From positions 768,001 to 832,000 of the forward strand of contig OZ241986.1 of NCBI GenBank assembly GCA_965204375.1: a stretch of DNA of 64,000 nucleotides, in the 5' to 3' direction. Every line of letters starts with the position of its first letter. Position 1 is the first letter of the stretch. The notes beneath the pieces were generated by a model that had not been told where the DNA came from, ran no database searches, and saw only the letters and a program-made list of their open reading frames with translations. The stretch is from Candidatus Latescibacterota bacterium. GTDB lineage: Bacteria > Latescibacterota > UBA2968. This document shows, piece by piece, positions 38,810 through 48,794 of this stretch. The translations under genes and the position numbers were made by a program.

Positions 38810-39928
38810 CTATGTCGTATCGACCCACCAGTGAATGAGGTTGGTCAGGCTCAGTTCATACGCGTGCGATGACTGTATCAGCAGGCGGTTCTTCCTGTTG
38901 GGATTGTGTGAACCAACCACGATGCTGTTCGAATATGCGCCTGTCCCCGCCTCGCGCATCCTTAAAATGGTGCCATCATCCCAGTTAAGACCATCTTTTG
39001 AAGAGTACAGAACAAAGTGACCTTTGTCCTTCTTCTCGCCCTGCAAATGTCCACTGCGTCCGGACATGAAATAACTGCCGTTTAGCACGGCCATCTGAGG
39101 ATTTCGGATCTTCTTTTTAAAGTGTGCGATCTTTGGTTCGGACCAGGTGTGACCGTCGTCGTCGCTTATCACATAGTCCATCGTGTCCTCAGCGTTCCTG
39201 TTGTATATATAGACAATGATGCTTCCCGAAGCGAGCTTCCCCATAGTTCCATACGATTTCCCGGTGGTGTCGAAGGGAAGTTCGCTACGCTTCACGAAGG
39301 TCCGGCCGCCGTCGCGGCTCACATACAACTCGTACACATGCTCGGGCTTATTGCCCAGGAAGTTGATCTCATTGTTATTCTTGAAGTGAAGCGCGAGTAT
39401 CTCTCCGTTGTAATACCGCGCATCGTAGAGCCTGCCCCGGTTGTCGCACAGTTTATACGGGTCACTCCAGGTGTGTCCGCCATCTTCACTGATGATATAG
39501 GTCGGAATCTGAAAACGCCTCCAAATGGCATCGTTCGTGATGTTACACACGAGGAAGAAGACAACGATATTACCGTTGGCTGTCAGAACTGCTTTCTCGC
39601 CGAAGGCAGAAAATTTCTCGGTGTTGGGCCCTCCTTCTTGCCCTTCGTCGAACAGGCTTTTTGTATAGTCAAGCACGATTGGCTCGCTCCAGGTTTCGCC
39701 GTAGTCTTCAGAACGCTTGTATTCCATCCATCCCACGGCCGAGTGGCCTTTGTTGTCCTCGTTGCAGTTGGGATAAAAGGCGAGAATTTTCCCGTCCTCA
39801 TACTCCACCAGTGCGTGCCCGAGATTTCCACCTCTTTTTGCCGGGGAGTGATCGACAAAGAGAATGCCATCGTTCGGTGGGTTTTTTGGGGTGATCTCAT
39901 AATCTGCTTTGTTTGGGTTCGCGTCCAT
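38810..39928 (-). CDS. Sialidase-like BNR/Asp-box propeller protein
   Basis: Asp-boxes SEDYGETW, SEDGGHTW, SRDGGRTF, SDDDGHTW, SKDGLNW. Confidence 0.8.
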   Translation of the reverse strand: MDANPNKADYEITPKNPPNDGILFVDHSPAKRGGNLGHALVEYEDGKILAFYPNCNEDNKGHSAVGWMEYKRSEDYGETWSEPIVLDYTKSLFDEGQEGGPNTEKFSAFGEKAVLTANGNIVVFFLVCNITNDAIWRRFQIPTYIISEDGGHTWSDPYKLCDNRGRLYDARYYNGEILALHFKNNNEINFLGNKPEHVYELYVSRDGGRTFVKRSELPFDTTGKSYGTMGKLASGSIIVYIYNRNAEDTMDYVISDDDGHTWSEPKIAHFKKKIRNPQMAVLNGSYFMSGRSGHLQGEKKDKGHFVLYSSKDGLNWDDGTILRMREAGTGAYSNSIVVGSHNPNRKNRLLIQSSHAYELSLTNLIHWWVDTT

Positions 39929-39948
39929 AAGTGCTTCCTTGGATGAAT

Positions 39949-41397
39949 TTAAATGCCTTTGTAGATATTGGAGGAGTACATTTCAAAGCCTTCGGGGCCG
40001 GGGTAGCCGTCGAAGAGGTTGCATTCGGGCACATTGCCGGGCGCGCCATTTTTGAGCCAGTCTATGAAGATGGGGTCGGCATTGCGGTGTTCGAGTTCGG
40101 CGATGCCTGAGGCGTGAAGGTGTTGAACGCGACCGGGATTTTCAGAAGCGATATTGTCCAGAGAACCGTAGAGGGTAAGGATGCTGTCTTCAGGGTTGGG
40201 GTGCCATTCGAGATAGCCTTCCTGGTCGAAGACGGTAAAGTAGCCGCGTTGAAGATGTCGCATAGCTTTGCCGCGCGCCACGCCTGCGAGGGCGATTTCG
40301 CGGTTGCCCATGCTGTTTTCACGCGCCGCGTTGAGGATGTCATAACTTTCGATATTGTCGGGAACAGGCGCGCCTGATAGGTTGGCGATGGTGGCGAAGA
40401 AATCTTGTGGTTGAAAGATGGCAGAACTGCGACCTGTGTCACCTTCGGGCGTTTTGATGAAAAGTGGGATGTGGATTTCTTGTTCGCGGACGGGTGCGCC
40501 TTTGCCGAATCTGCCGCGTTCACCGACGTTGGTGCCGTGGTCGCCTGCGACGAGTATGGCGGTGTTTTTGGAGAGACCCGTGGCTTCAAGGGCTTCGAGG
40601 AAGCGGCCAAAGCAGTGGTCCATCCAGGTGACTTTGGCTGCATAACTGGCTTTGATGCGTGCTTTGGCTTCGTCGGGCAGGTTGGGATTGCTGCGGGCTT
40701 GCGTTCCTCCTTTAAATATGCGAGGATCGAGGCGACCATCATAACCAGGCGTTTTGTCGTATTTGACCATGAATTCGGGGGGTACGTCCCAGGGTTCGTG
40801 GGGGTCGAAACAGTCGATCCAGAGAAAGAAATTTTCCCGATTTTTATTGTCTCGGAGAAACTCGGCAGCGGTGTTGAAGAGTCTGGCACAGTTCCAGTTG
40901 TCTAAGTTGTCGCGGCCTCTGTTGGTGCGGGCATATTGAATGGTTGGTGTTGGGAGTTCGTCTTCGAGGATGTCAAAGAGCGGGTCTTTTGCCCAGTTGC
41001 TGGGCCATTTGGCTTCGTCATTCATCCAGGCGCGGTCAACTTCGGCACCGCGAATGAAGGTCCAGGTGTGAAAGGGATAATCGAAGGCGTGGCCCCCGTT
41101 GACGAGGTGGGGGGTGTCGTGCAGGAGTTGCGTCGCGTAGCCTGCTTCGCCGAGGACATACGGCAGTGCATTGGTGTTGAAGGGCAGTGGTTTCCATGCG
41201 TGAAAGGGGCTGCCGTATTTGCCGGTCATGACGTCGGTGCGATAGGGGATGGTGGGAAAGCTCGCTGCGAAGGCACGGTCGAAACACCAGGATTGTGAGG
41301 CCAGGCGGTCGAGGTTGGGTGTTTCGATCCAATCATTGCCGTTGGCGCCGATATAGTCGTAGCGCATGGTGTCGATGATTAAGAGAATGATGTTCAT
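39949..41397 (-). CDS. Sulfatase-like hydrolase with Thr at the nucleophile position
   Basis: IIDT.R, TIPYR instead of CxPxR, DPHEPW, GDHG. Confidence 0.8.
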   Translation of the reverse strand: MNIILLIIDTMRYDYIGANGNDWIETPNLDRLASQSWCFDRAFAASFPTIPYRTDVMTGKYGSPFHAWKPLPFNTNALPYVLGEAGYATQLLHDTPHLVNGGHAFDYPFHTWTFIRGAEVDRAWMNDEAKWPSNWAKDPLFDILEDELPTPTIQYARTNRGRDNLDNWNCARLFNTAAEFLRDNKNRENFFLWIDCFDPHEPWDVPPEFMVKYDKTPGYDGRLDPRIFKGGTQARSNPNLPDEAKARIKASYAAKVTWMDHCFGRFLEALEATGLSKNTAILVAGDHGTNVGERGRFGKGAPVREQEIHIPLFIKTPEGDTGRSSAIFQPQDFFATIANLSGAPVPDNIESYDILNAARENSMGNREIALAGVARGKAMRHLQRGYFTVFDQEGYLEWHPNPEDSILTLYGSLDNIASENPGRVQHLHASGIAELEHRNADPIFIDWLKNGAPGNVPECNLFDGYPGPEGFEMYSSNIYKGI

Positions 41398-41987
41398 TTT
41401 ATACCTCTCTCCTTTTTATTTAAATCGGCAAGAAAGAACGTTTTCCTCTTTTTGAACCGAAAATTTTCATCGGGTACGATGAACTCCAGTTTGTCACATA
41501 AAAAAGAGCCAGACGGAGCTGAATTTTGGAGCCGTGCACAAAGCGCAAGGCTCTCGTCTATGGATATGAACTCAGCAATGGTCATGTGCGGAGCTATGTT
41601 GCGCCTGTGATACGCTTCGCCGGAAAATGCCGATGTCCTGTGGAGGATTTGCTTTAAATTATCGATAGGCTCTCGTGGCCTTATCGGATACGAGACGCCA
41701 GGGTGCCTGATTGAGGCATGCGGCTTGTCGTAATAAAGCGTGAATGGCTGGATATCAGTAATGACGTTGTTGATTTCATCGATAAGATCAGGCGTCATTT
41801 CCCTGCTCAAGGGATCTGACAAAGAGATGTGCGTCGAACAGGAGTCAGCAGAGCAGGGATCGTACTTTGCTCGCAAGAGATCGATCTCCTGAGATACTTC
41901 TGGAGGGGGCATGATAAGGATGAGGCCAAAACGATAGTCGCGTTGCCAATCTTCCCACTTTGATGTGTCTTTTACGTATGGAATCAT
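41394..41987 (-). CDS. 2H phosphoesterase (2'-5' RNA ligase family)
   Basis: Two HxS/T motifs: HISL and HMTI. Confidence 0.82.
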   Translation of the reverse strand: MIPYVKDTSKWEDWQRDYRFGLILIMPPPEVSQEIDLLRAKYDPCSADSCSTHISLSDPLSREMTPDLIDEINNVITDIQPFTLYYDKPHASIRHPGVSYPIRPREPIDNLKQILHRTSAFSGEAYHRRNIAPHMTIAEFISIDESLALCARLQNSAPSGSFLCDKLEFIVPDENFRFKKRKTFFLADLNKKERGIK

Positions 41988-42042
41988 GAGGAACTCTCAC
42001 AGGGTGATAGCATCGACGTGTTAGCCGTTCGTGACGCTTCTT

Positions 42043-42162
42043 CTATTTGCGCCGCTGATCAACAATATACTCACGTACTAACCAATGCGGAATAGAATGA
42101 GTTGTCAATGCCTCATGAATCTCTCTGATCAGCCCAAGCTGGACGGAATTCGGATCTTCCAT
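42043..42162 (-). pseudogene. 5' stub resembling an AadB/LinA-type nucleotidyltransferase
   Basis: MEDPNSVQLGLIREIHEALTTHSIPHWL diverges exactly where GGWAVD is expected. Confidence 0.45.
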
Positions 42163-42221
42163 GCATCCGCGAATTACAATTTTAGGCATGGCATCAAACT
42201 CATAGGAAATACAAATGAGTG

Positions 42222-42406
42222 TATAAGATTGAAAATAAATACCTTACAAGAAACATTGCTTGATGCTAAATTGAAAACCAGCTATATTCTCTTACGTTTC
42301 ATTAGAAATAAACTACTGGTGTTTTGTTTCATGCATTGGCTTAAGATCCCTTAGCTATTTTAAACCGCCCAAACCGAGGAGAAATCATGTTGCGAGTCAG
42401 CGACCC
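42222..42406 (+). repeat. Duplicated promoter+RBS+start module, copy 1
   Basis: About 16 differences in 185 nt versus 49650-49833 (hand alignment); TTGATG-17-TATATT at 42260-42288, GAGGAG RBS, ATG...MLRVSDP. Confidence 0.92.
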
Positions 42407-44000
42407 CGACCTGATCGCCCACTGGCCGTTCCGGGAAAACCTGAAAGACCATTCTGAAAGCGGCCTGTCCATCCAAAATCACGGTGTTGAAATCGGGGAA
42501 TCAGGCGGACAAAGAAGCGCCCAATTCAACGGGGCGGAAACCTTTCTGGAAGTTCCCTGCGATCTGTCTATAGGGACAGGCGATTTTTCATGCGCCGGAT
42601 GGATCTACACGGAAGAAACCGAAGTGGTCGGCGATATTCTCAGCCAATTCGATCCGAAAACCCGCCATGGATGGCAGATATCGGTCCTCACCAATACCGG
42701 AATGACTTCCACCGCTCAATCGAATTACCGCAACCTCCACTTCGGCATCGACAACGGGCATCTCGGGGCATGGACGGATTGCGGGCGTCCCGGTCAGGCG
42801 GTCAAAATATCTGCACTTTCGACAATAGGTGGACACCTGTATGCCGGCACCTTCGAGAATGGCAAAGAAGAGGTCGGTCACCTGTGGCGCTACGAGGGGG
42901 AAGAACGCTGGACCGACCTGGGCAATCCAGTCGGATGCAACTCCGTCAACGCCGTTGTCGAATTTCAAGGTGCGCTCTATTGCGCCCTCGGTCGGTATAA
43001 TTCCAGCGGCTCCGCCATGGGCGATCCCCTGAACACCACACCCGGCGGCCAGGTCTATCGGGTCGATGCCAACGGCCAATGGACCTTCTGCGGGCATCCA
43101 GGCATCGAAGACGCCACGCCCGAAGAAACACCCACCACGGGACATAACACGGGCAAAGCCGATAACGCCACCGCCCTCACGGTCTATCAGGGTCGGCTCT
43201 ACGCTACCAGCCTCTATCGCGAGGGCGCCTTTGTCTATGATGGCGGCACCACCTGGACGCCCATAGGTCCAGACGTGCGGCTGATGAGTTTCACCGTCTA
43301 TCGGGGCCGGCTCTACACCCTCGTCAACGGCGGCCCGGTTCTTCGCTACGAAGGCAACGCCGAATGGACCGACTGCGGTTGTCCCGAAACTTCCACCCAG
43401 ACCTACTCGGCGGTCACTTTCAAGGGCCAGCTCTATGTCGGCACCTGGCCTCAGGGAGAAGTCTATCGATATGACGGCAACACGACCTGGACCTGTCTGG
43501 GTAGGGCAGGGTACGAACGTGAAATCATGGCCATGGGACTTTACAACGGCAAAGTCTATATCGGCTCGCTCCCAATGGCCAATGTCTGGCGGATGGACGG
43601 CAATCGGTTCACATTCTTAGAGTCTCTGGACCGCACGTCCGCGCCCCTGCGGCGGGTCTGGTCCATGGCCGTTTATCAGGGCCGCCTCTATGCCGGCACC
43701 TTGCCGTCTGGACATGTCTATTCGGTCGAAGCCGGAAAAGTTGCCACTTGGGACCACACATTTCCCGAAGGATGGCGACACGTAGCCGCCGTCAAGCAAG
43801 GCGGCATTCTGACCCTGTACGTCGATGGAACCCCCGTCGCTACAACAGACAGCTTCAATCCAAAACGCTACGATCTCAACCCCAACTGTCCTCTCTTAAT
43901 CGGCTTTGGTGCCCACGACTATTTCAAAGGCGCCCTGCGAGACATCCGTATCTATCGTCGGGGTCTCACACAACTGGAAATCCAGAACCTCGCCAGATGA
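42387..44000 (+). CDS. LamG-like jelly-roll protein with inserted beta-propeller repeats
   Basis: LIAHWPF / GDFSCAGWI N-half; WRHVAAV..LYVDG..FKGALRDIRIY C-half; internal repeats (YQGRLYAGT, WTDCG). Confidence 0.78.
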   Translation: MLRVSDPDLIAHWPFRENLKDHSESGLSIQNHGVEIGESGGQRSAQFNGAETFLEVPCDLSIGTGDFSCAGWIYTEETEVVGDILSQFDPKTRHGWQISVLTNTGMTSTAQSNYRNLHFGIDNGHLGAWTDCGRPGQAVKISALSTIGGHLYAGTFENGKEEVGHLWRYEGEERWTDLGNPVGCNSVNAVVEFQGALYCALGRYNSSGSAMGDPLNTTPGGQVYRVDANGQWTFCGHPGIEDATPEETPTTGHNTGKADNATALTVYQGRLYATSLYREGAFVYDGGTTWTPIGPDVRLMSFTVYRGRLYTLVNGGPVLRYEGNAEWTDCGCPETSTQTYSAVTFKGQLYVGTWPQGEVYRYDGNTTWTCLGRAGYEREIMAMGLYNGKVYIGSLPMANVWRMDGNRFTFLESLDRTSAPLRRVWSMAVYQGRLYAGTLPSGHVYSVEAGKVATWDHTFPEGWRHVAAVKQGGILTLYVDGTPVATTDSFNPKRYDLNPNCPLLIGFGAHDYFKGALRDIRIYRRGLTQLEIQNLAR

Positions 44001-44012
44001 CCGCCGAGGGAA

Positions 44013-44423
44013 TCAGCGAAGGCAGGCGATTTGGCTTTGCTGAGTCGGCAGCATCATGAAGGAGCTGGCAGGTATGAGAACCGCTGTAAATTGGCGGTCA
44101 TAGACAAAATTGGCAAGATTCTGTTGTGAGATTCGAGTATCTATATCTGAAATTCCCGAATCTATTGCCTTGTGTCTGAGCACTTCCAACATGGGAAGCG
44201 AAACATCAAATCCAAAGATATCAAGCCCATCCAGCAGCAGAGGCAGCATTTTACAACCCGTTCCACAGGCAGCCTCCAATATCGCACCACGCGTGTTCTG
44301 CAATTGATTTCGGTAAAAATGTAACTCCCGTTCATTTAGTTCAGACCGACCGCCAGTCTCGTTCCATTGGTCATAGATTAACGCCCACCAATGGGTATCA
44401 TAGTTTTTTCCAGTCTCTTGCAT
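44013..44423 (-). pseudogene. C-terminally truncated SAM methyltransferase
   Basis: LEAACGTG; ends at QIACLR, before the LxPGG motif that follows in the paralog at 35748. Confidence 0.75.
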
Positions 44424-44487
44424 GATTACCCCTATGCAAAGATAGGTTTGGTTTTTCTGCGAACCCGCATAGAAAGGCCATTTTGAA

Positions 44488-45012
44488 TTACGTTTGAAGC
44501 CTTTGAAAGGCTTTAAGAGTTGACGGATCAGTGACTATTTTCCTTGCGGCTTCAATCGTCAACCATTTGGCGGCATAGAATTCCTGCAGGTCAATATTGA
44601 AATTACTTCCATCTGTAAGAAGCAAATACCAGATGTCATAATGAGAGTGACAGGGTTCCACAGGATTTTCTATTGGTGTAATGGTAAGCAAAAACGGTTG
44701 TGGTTCGGATTTGAAAAAGTTCCATATTCCCAATTCTTCACCTATCTCACGGTTCAAAGCTGCCCAAAGCGTCTCATCTTTATCTATATGACCACCGGGA
44801 GAAAGCCAAAGGCCAGACTTTTTATGGTGGATAATAAATACCTTTTTACTCTGGGAATCATAGGGCAGAAAATAGACACAAAAATGGGTCTCCGGATTTT
44901 CATCTCGCGTTGGTTTTCCTTCTTTAACTCTTTGTTTATAGCGATCATAGGTTTCCCCCTTGTCACATATATCGCGATCGATAACTTTTGCAATTGATTC
45001 TTGTGTTTTCAT
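44488..45012 (-). CDS. NUDIX hydrolase
   Basis: GGHIDKDETLWAALNREIGEELG Nudix box. Confidence 0.9.
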   Translation of the reverse strand: MKTQESIAKVIDRDICDKGETYDRYKQRVKEGKPTRDENPETHFCVYFLPYDSQSKKVFIIHHKKSGLWLSPGGHIDKDETLWAALNREIGEELGIWNFFKSEPQPFLLTITPIENPVEPCHSHYDIWYLLLTDGSNFNIDLQEFYAAKWLTIEAARKIVTDPSTLKAFQRLQT

Positions 45013-45065
45013 ATTCGCTTCTTCACCTTACCGGCTGGCGGGGGAGGGACTCTGATTCTCAGACT

Positions 45066-47048
45066 TTAACGTTGCTCCGACGACTTTATTCGCTTCACGA
45101 CGGGAGCTCTCTTCCTTGGAGGATAATCTGGGTGTAACCCGGCCATTCGCGGCGTCTGGGGACGGATCGGTCCCCAGTTGATCGCATAGGGGTGATTCTT
45201 ACAGAGTTGCTCGATCTTTTCCCAGGCGGCGAGTACGTTCGCCTGTTCGCTTTTGTCTCCGTTCCAATACCGGGTCATGCCTGCGCGAATGTCGATCATG
45301 TGGCGGGTGTGATCCAGGCCTATGCGGACGAAATCGATCCGCGCCCCGAATCGCTCCGGTTCGTCCGCAACCTTGCGTGACGCCTGGTCGAGGAGCGCGT
45401 AAGCGCGGTCGAAGAACGCCTTGTCATAGACATCCGGGTATGCTCGTTCACTTGCCCACCAAAAGATGTTGCGCGTCTCCTCCATCAGATTCCAATAGGT
45501 CTCGAGTTCCGTGGCTGCTGGGCCGAATGCACGTTGATAGTAATTCTGTAGAATCGCTTGCCCATCCTGCGACGGATTCCACAAGAGATGCGCCATGAGA
45601 TAGTATTGTGGTCCGTGCGTTGCCCAGTGTTCCCATACCATATCGACAAAGATGCCCATCGCTTTTTCGCCGATCAGTTTGAAGTCCTCGGTTGTTTGTA
45701 TGAAAGACACATCCGGCTGTCCCTGAGGCCAGCCCGCAGGGTCACCGACATTGGGTCGCCACATCATGTGCTTCGCGACCTTCGACCACGCGATGTATTG
45801 CTCTTTGTGTGTGGAACCCCTGGTCGAACCACGGTCGATCAGGCCGTCCCGATTGAGGAAATTCGCCACGCTTGCCACAATGACATTCTCTGCCGGAATT
45901 TCGCGAATCGGAGCAGGCCGGGAATGCCCGTAGGCCAGCATCATGACATAGTAGTCTCGATCCGGATAGCGCTGCTTGAGTAGCCGCGCACATGTGTTGG
46001 CAAACCGGACGTGCCGGTCGGATAGTGCGGGCAGTTTCTGCGTGGTCCCTTTCCAGTGAAACGAACGGAGCTCGCCATCCGGATGGTCCCAGGCGCGACA
46101 GGGCTCACAAACACAATGTCCGCTAGCCCAGCCGTCGTTAGGCGATGCATTGAAGACGCGTTGATTTGGGTTCTGTTTTAGTGCTTCCTCGACATCCGCG
46201 AGCCATTGCTGCGGCACCTCCGGATTCGATTGGCAGAGCTTGGCGTTTTTGGGTTGTGGAAATCCGCTCCGCGTTCCGTCAGGCTGAAGGGCGAAGTATT
46301 CGGGGTTTGTTTCGTGAAATCGGTCCCACCAGTCGCGGAATCCATGCCCCCCTTCCATTTCGAGGGAACCCAACTGCAGCCGTTGACGACGTGTCCACGT
46401 CTGGGATCGACCGTATGATCCCCCGGGCGCCAGTCTGGAGTAACTGAACAGTCCGGCCCGGAAACGAAGACTGGGATGGTAGCGATACCTGAAGGTCGCG
46501 AAGCGGATGGATTCCTGCGGGACGATATCCTCGCCGAGATCACCAGGCCAGAGCCAACGCACGCCGAGTCGATCGTGCAGAAACGTATAGATCGCATTTA
46601 CAGTCCCATACTCTTGCTGGATTCCCTCGATCCGGTTCCTTTTGAACTGTACAATCATCTGGGTGGGATCCCAACGGTCTCGCCCCGCGATTACGAGGTG
46701 CTTTTCGCTCGCCGCGATGACGATTTCCTCGGGGTGTTGGAAGTCGAAGTCGATATCTGGAAACAGCGCATCAAGCGCCGGTTGGTAACCCACCCAGATG
46801 GCCCGATCTGGGAGTTGGCGGGGTGGACCGTCGATCCATTCGGGTCGCGTGCCACAGGTTTTCTCGATGTAATCGGCAAGATCAATCGCGGCTTCGCGCG
46901 TGAATGGTGGTGCATCTGGAAAGAGGATCAGCGGTGCCGGTTTGATCCCGGCTTTTTTATCGACGAGGGTAAACTCGGCGGTATCGGCTGCTGAAATCGA
47001 GGTTAGCACGATGGAAACGGTGCGGAGCAGCTTGATTTTTTTTAACAT
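45066..47048 (-). CDS. DUF4838-type secreted protein (glycoside hydrolase-like)
   Basis: Signal peptide, GTVNAIYTFL..LGVRWLWPG, PEYFAL, LCQSNP, SPNDG. Confidence 0.75.
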   Translation of the reverse strand: MLKKIKLLRTVSIVLTSISAADTAEFTLVDKKAGIKPAPLILFPDAPPFTREAAIDLADYIEKTCGTRPEWIDGPPRQLPDRAIWVGYQPALDALFPDIDFDFQHPEEIVIAASEKHLVIAGRDRWDPTQMIVQFKRNRIEGIQQEYGTVNAIYTFLHDRLGVRWLWPGDLGEDIVPQESIRFATFRYRYHPSLRFRAGLFSYSRLAPGGSYGRSQTWTRRQRLQLGSLEMEGGHGFRDWWDRFHETNPEYFALQPDGTRSGFPQPKNAKLCQSNPEVPQQWLADVEEALKQNPNQRVFNASPNDGWASGHCVCEPCRAWDHPDGELRSFHWKGTTQKLPALSDRHVRFANTCARLLKQRYPDRDYYVMMLAYGHSRPAPIREIPAENVIVASVANFLNRDGLIDRGSTRGSTHKEQYIAWSKVAKHMMWRPNVGDPAGWPQGQPDVSFIQTTEDFKLIGEKAMGIFVDMVWEHWATHGPQYYLMAHLLWNPSQDGQAILQNYYQRAFGPAATELETYWNLMEETRNIFWWASERAYPDVYDKAFFDRAYALLDQASRKVADEPERFGARIDFVRIGLDHTRHMIDIRAGMTRYWNGDKSEQANVLAAWEKIEQLCKNHPYAINWGPIRPQTPRMAGLHPDYPPRKRAPVVKRIKSSEQR

Positions 47049-47210
47049 GTTTCATTCCTTGATAGGGGTGACAGATACCTGTCAAGCTATTGTAATAAAC
47101 TTCCTCAGTTTCCTTAGACCCATTTGTCCCGACGCAAGAGGAATACATACCGTTCAGGCAACATGCGGTTGGCAAATTCGCCTCTGCTCGGTCCGGGTGG
47201 TACTCGCTCT

Positions 47211-47759
47211 TCAGTCCGTATTTTGCCTGGACTCAAATTCTGCGCGCAAAATCCCGAATAAGAGCCTGTCCCAACGTCGGTTGGACCAGTATATTGCCTC
47301 GCGCTCGCACCCTTCCTGAGTAAACCCGAGCTTTTCAAGGACTCGGATGGCACCCGTATTATTGGAGGCTGTCACAGCCGAAATCCTGTACAGGTCCAAA
47401 TGCTCAAATCCGAATCGAAGGATTACCAGTGCGGCATCTGTGCAGTACCCTTTACCTCTGTCCCTCCTGCGGGCAATACCAGCACCGAGGCTGGCGGTGC
47501 GATTTCTCAAGTCGATTTCCGACAACTGAATATCGCCGAGGAGATTTCCATCTGGACTGAAGATGCCCAGATAAATTTGACTCTTGCCTTGTTGCTCCTG
47601 GATTTCCTCGAACCATTTGTCCGAACCCTCGATTGAATGACCAGGTCTGACTGGTTCAGTCGGAATTGGCTCCTCGAGTTCATAATGTTCCCAAAGGGTG
47701 CGGCAATGCTCGCGTTCCATAGTTCTTAAAACCACTTTTTCACCACGTAATTCGATCAT
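47211..47759 (-). CDS. RimJ/RimL-type GNAT acetyltransferase
   Basis: RGKGY.TDA, N.GAIRVLEKLGF.QEG; start reassigned to the ATG at 47759. Confidence 0.85.
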   Translation of the reverse strand: MIELRGEKVVLRTMEREHCRTLWEHYELEEPIPTEPVRPGHSIEGSDKWFEEIQEQQGKSQIYLGIFSPDGNLLGDIQLSEIDLRNRTASLGAGIARRRDRGKGYCTDAALVILRFGFEHLDLYRISAVTASNNTGAIRVLEKLGFTQEGCEREAIYWSNRRWDRLLFGILRAEFESRQNTD

Positions 47760-48003
47760 GAGAGGGACTTTCGATAATGAAATATGATTCAGCCTCACAG
47801 GTCCTTTGAAAAAGCGCCCAACTGGCATGGATTAACCCTACGCGAAATTCCTTATCTTCCCAGCCAAGGGTATCGAAGAGGACTTCCTTAATGCCATCTT
47901 TGCTAAGAAAGGGGAGACGAAGTTGCTTAGCCAGTTTTCTTCCTAATGTTGTTTTGCCAGTACACGGAGCACCGTTAATAATAATAAGCAAAGATTTTGT
48001 CAT
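47740..48003 (-). pseudogene. Truncated P-loop kinase (AAA_33-like)
   Basis: GAPCTGKTT Walker A and SKDGIKE, after which similarity breaks down at about 50 aa. Confidence 0.7.
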
Positions 48004-48135
48004 TAGTGTTCACTCAACTTGAGAGAAATTGCCTGATGATATTGGAATGATTTTTATTGGCATTTAGAAATCCTCGTCCAGGTCTTGCTTATCAGCAGGC
48101 GGTGTCAGTTTATCGAATTTCGCATTTCTCTTTTT

Positions 48136-48681
48136 CTATGAGATAGTCTGTGCAATTCGAATAGAGCCTTCCAAAAGAATCTCTCTGTGTTCGTCTTTTC
48201 TCTCGGTTCTCCAGTATTCTCGTGCCCTCTCAAACATTGATCCGAGGGTTTCAGACTCTTCAAAATAGCTTATGAGATCCATATTCGCAGCAAACACACG
48301 AGAGCACTCAACAATCTCAACTTCGTAGAGTTCAGCATCTGCTCTTTTCGAATTGAACCGTCTGGCAACACGCTCGTCTGTCCAGAGGAAGAGGCAGTCA
48401 AATCGACTTGATCTATATGGAAACTCTCTGAGGCGAACCGTCTCCCAGGCGACTTCCAACAGGACACTTCCCGTTGCGGCCGCATCTGGAACCGTCACGG
48501 TGAGGGGATTGGTTTGCACTTCGATTAGGGTTTGGCGTATCAGATGGTCTTGAAAGTTCCCCGGCTTCACAAGGGTCCCAGGGGAAAGCCCGGACTTTGC
48601 TGACCAAAACAGTAGAGATCCCCGACCAATATCAAGATCCCTTGTGTGGGATGCCTCCCTATAGTGGTTTGGATTTGCCAC
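48136..48681 (-). CDS. DUF2441-like protein (putative ADP-ribosyltransferase-like fold)
   Basis: E.VRLREFP..SSRFDCLF, LYEV, AREYW, EILL pattern. Confidence 0.55.
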   Translation of the reverse strand: MANPNHYREASHTRDLDIGRGSLLFWSAKSGLSPGTLVKPGNFQDHLIRQTLIEVQTNPLTVTVPDAAATGSVLLEVAWETVRLREFPYRSSRFDCLFLWTDERVARRFNSKRADAELYEVEIVECSRVFAANMDLISYFEESETLGSMFERAREYWRTERKDEHREILLEGSIRIAQTIS

Positions 48682-48794
48682 AGTTCTGCCTCGCTTTAGG
48701 TGGAAAAGACGGTTTACGTGTAACTACGGGATTAACGAACCGTTACGGTAACACATACCAGATCTATGTATCTCCGACCTTTTTGTGATCAGTT

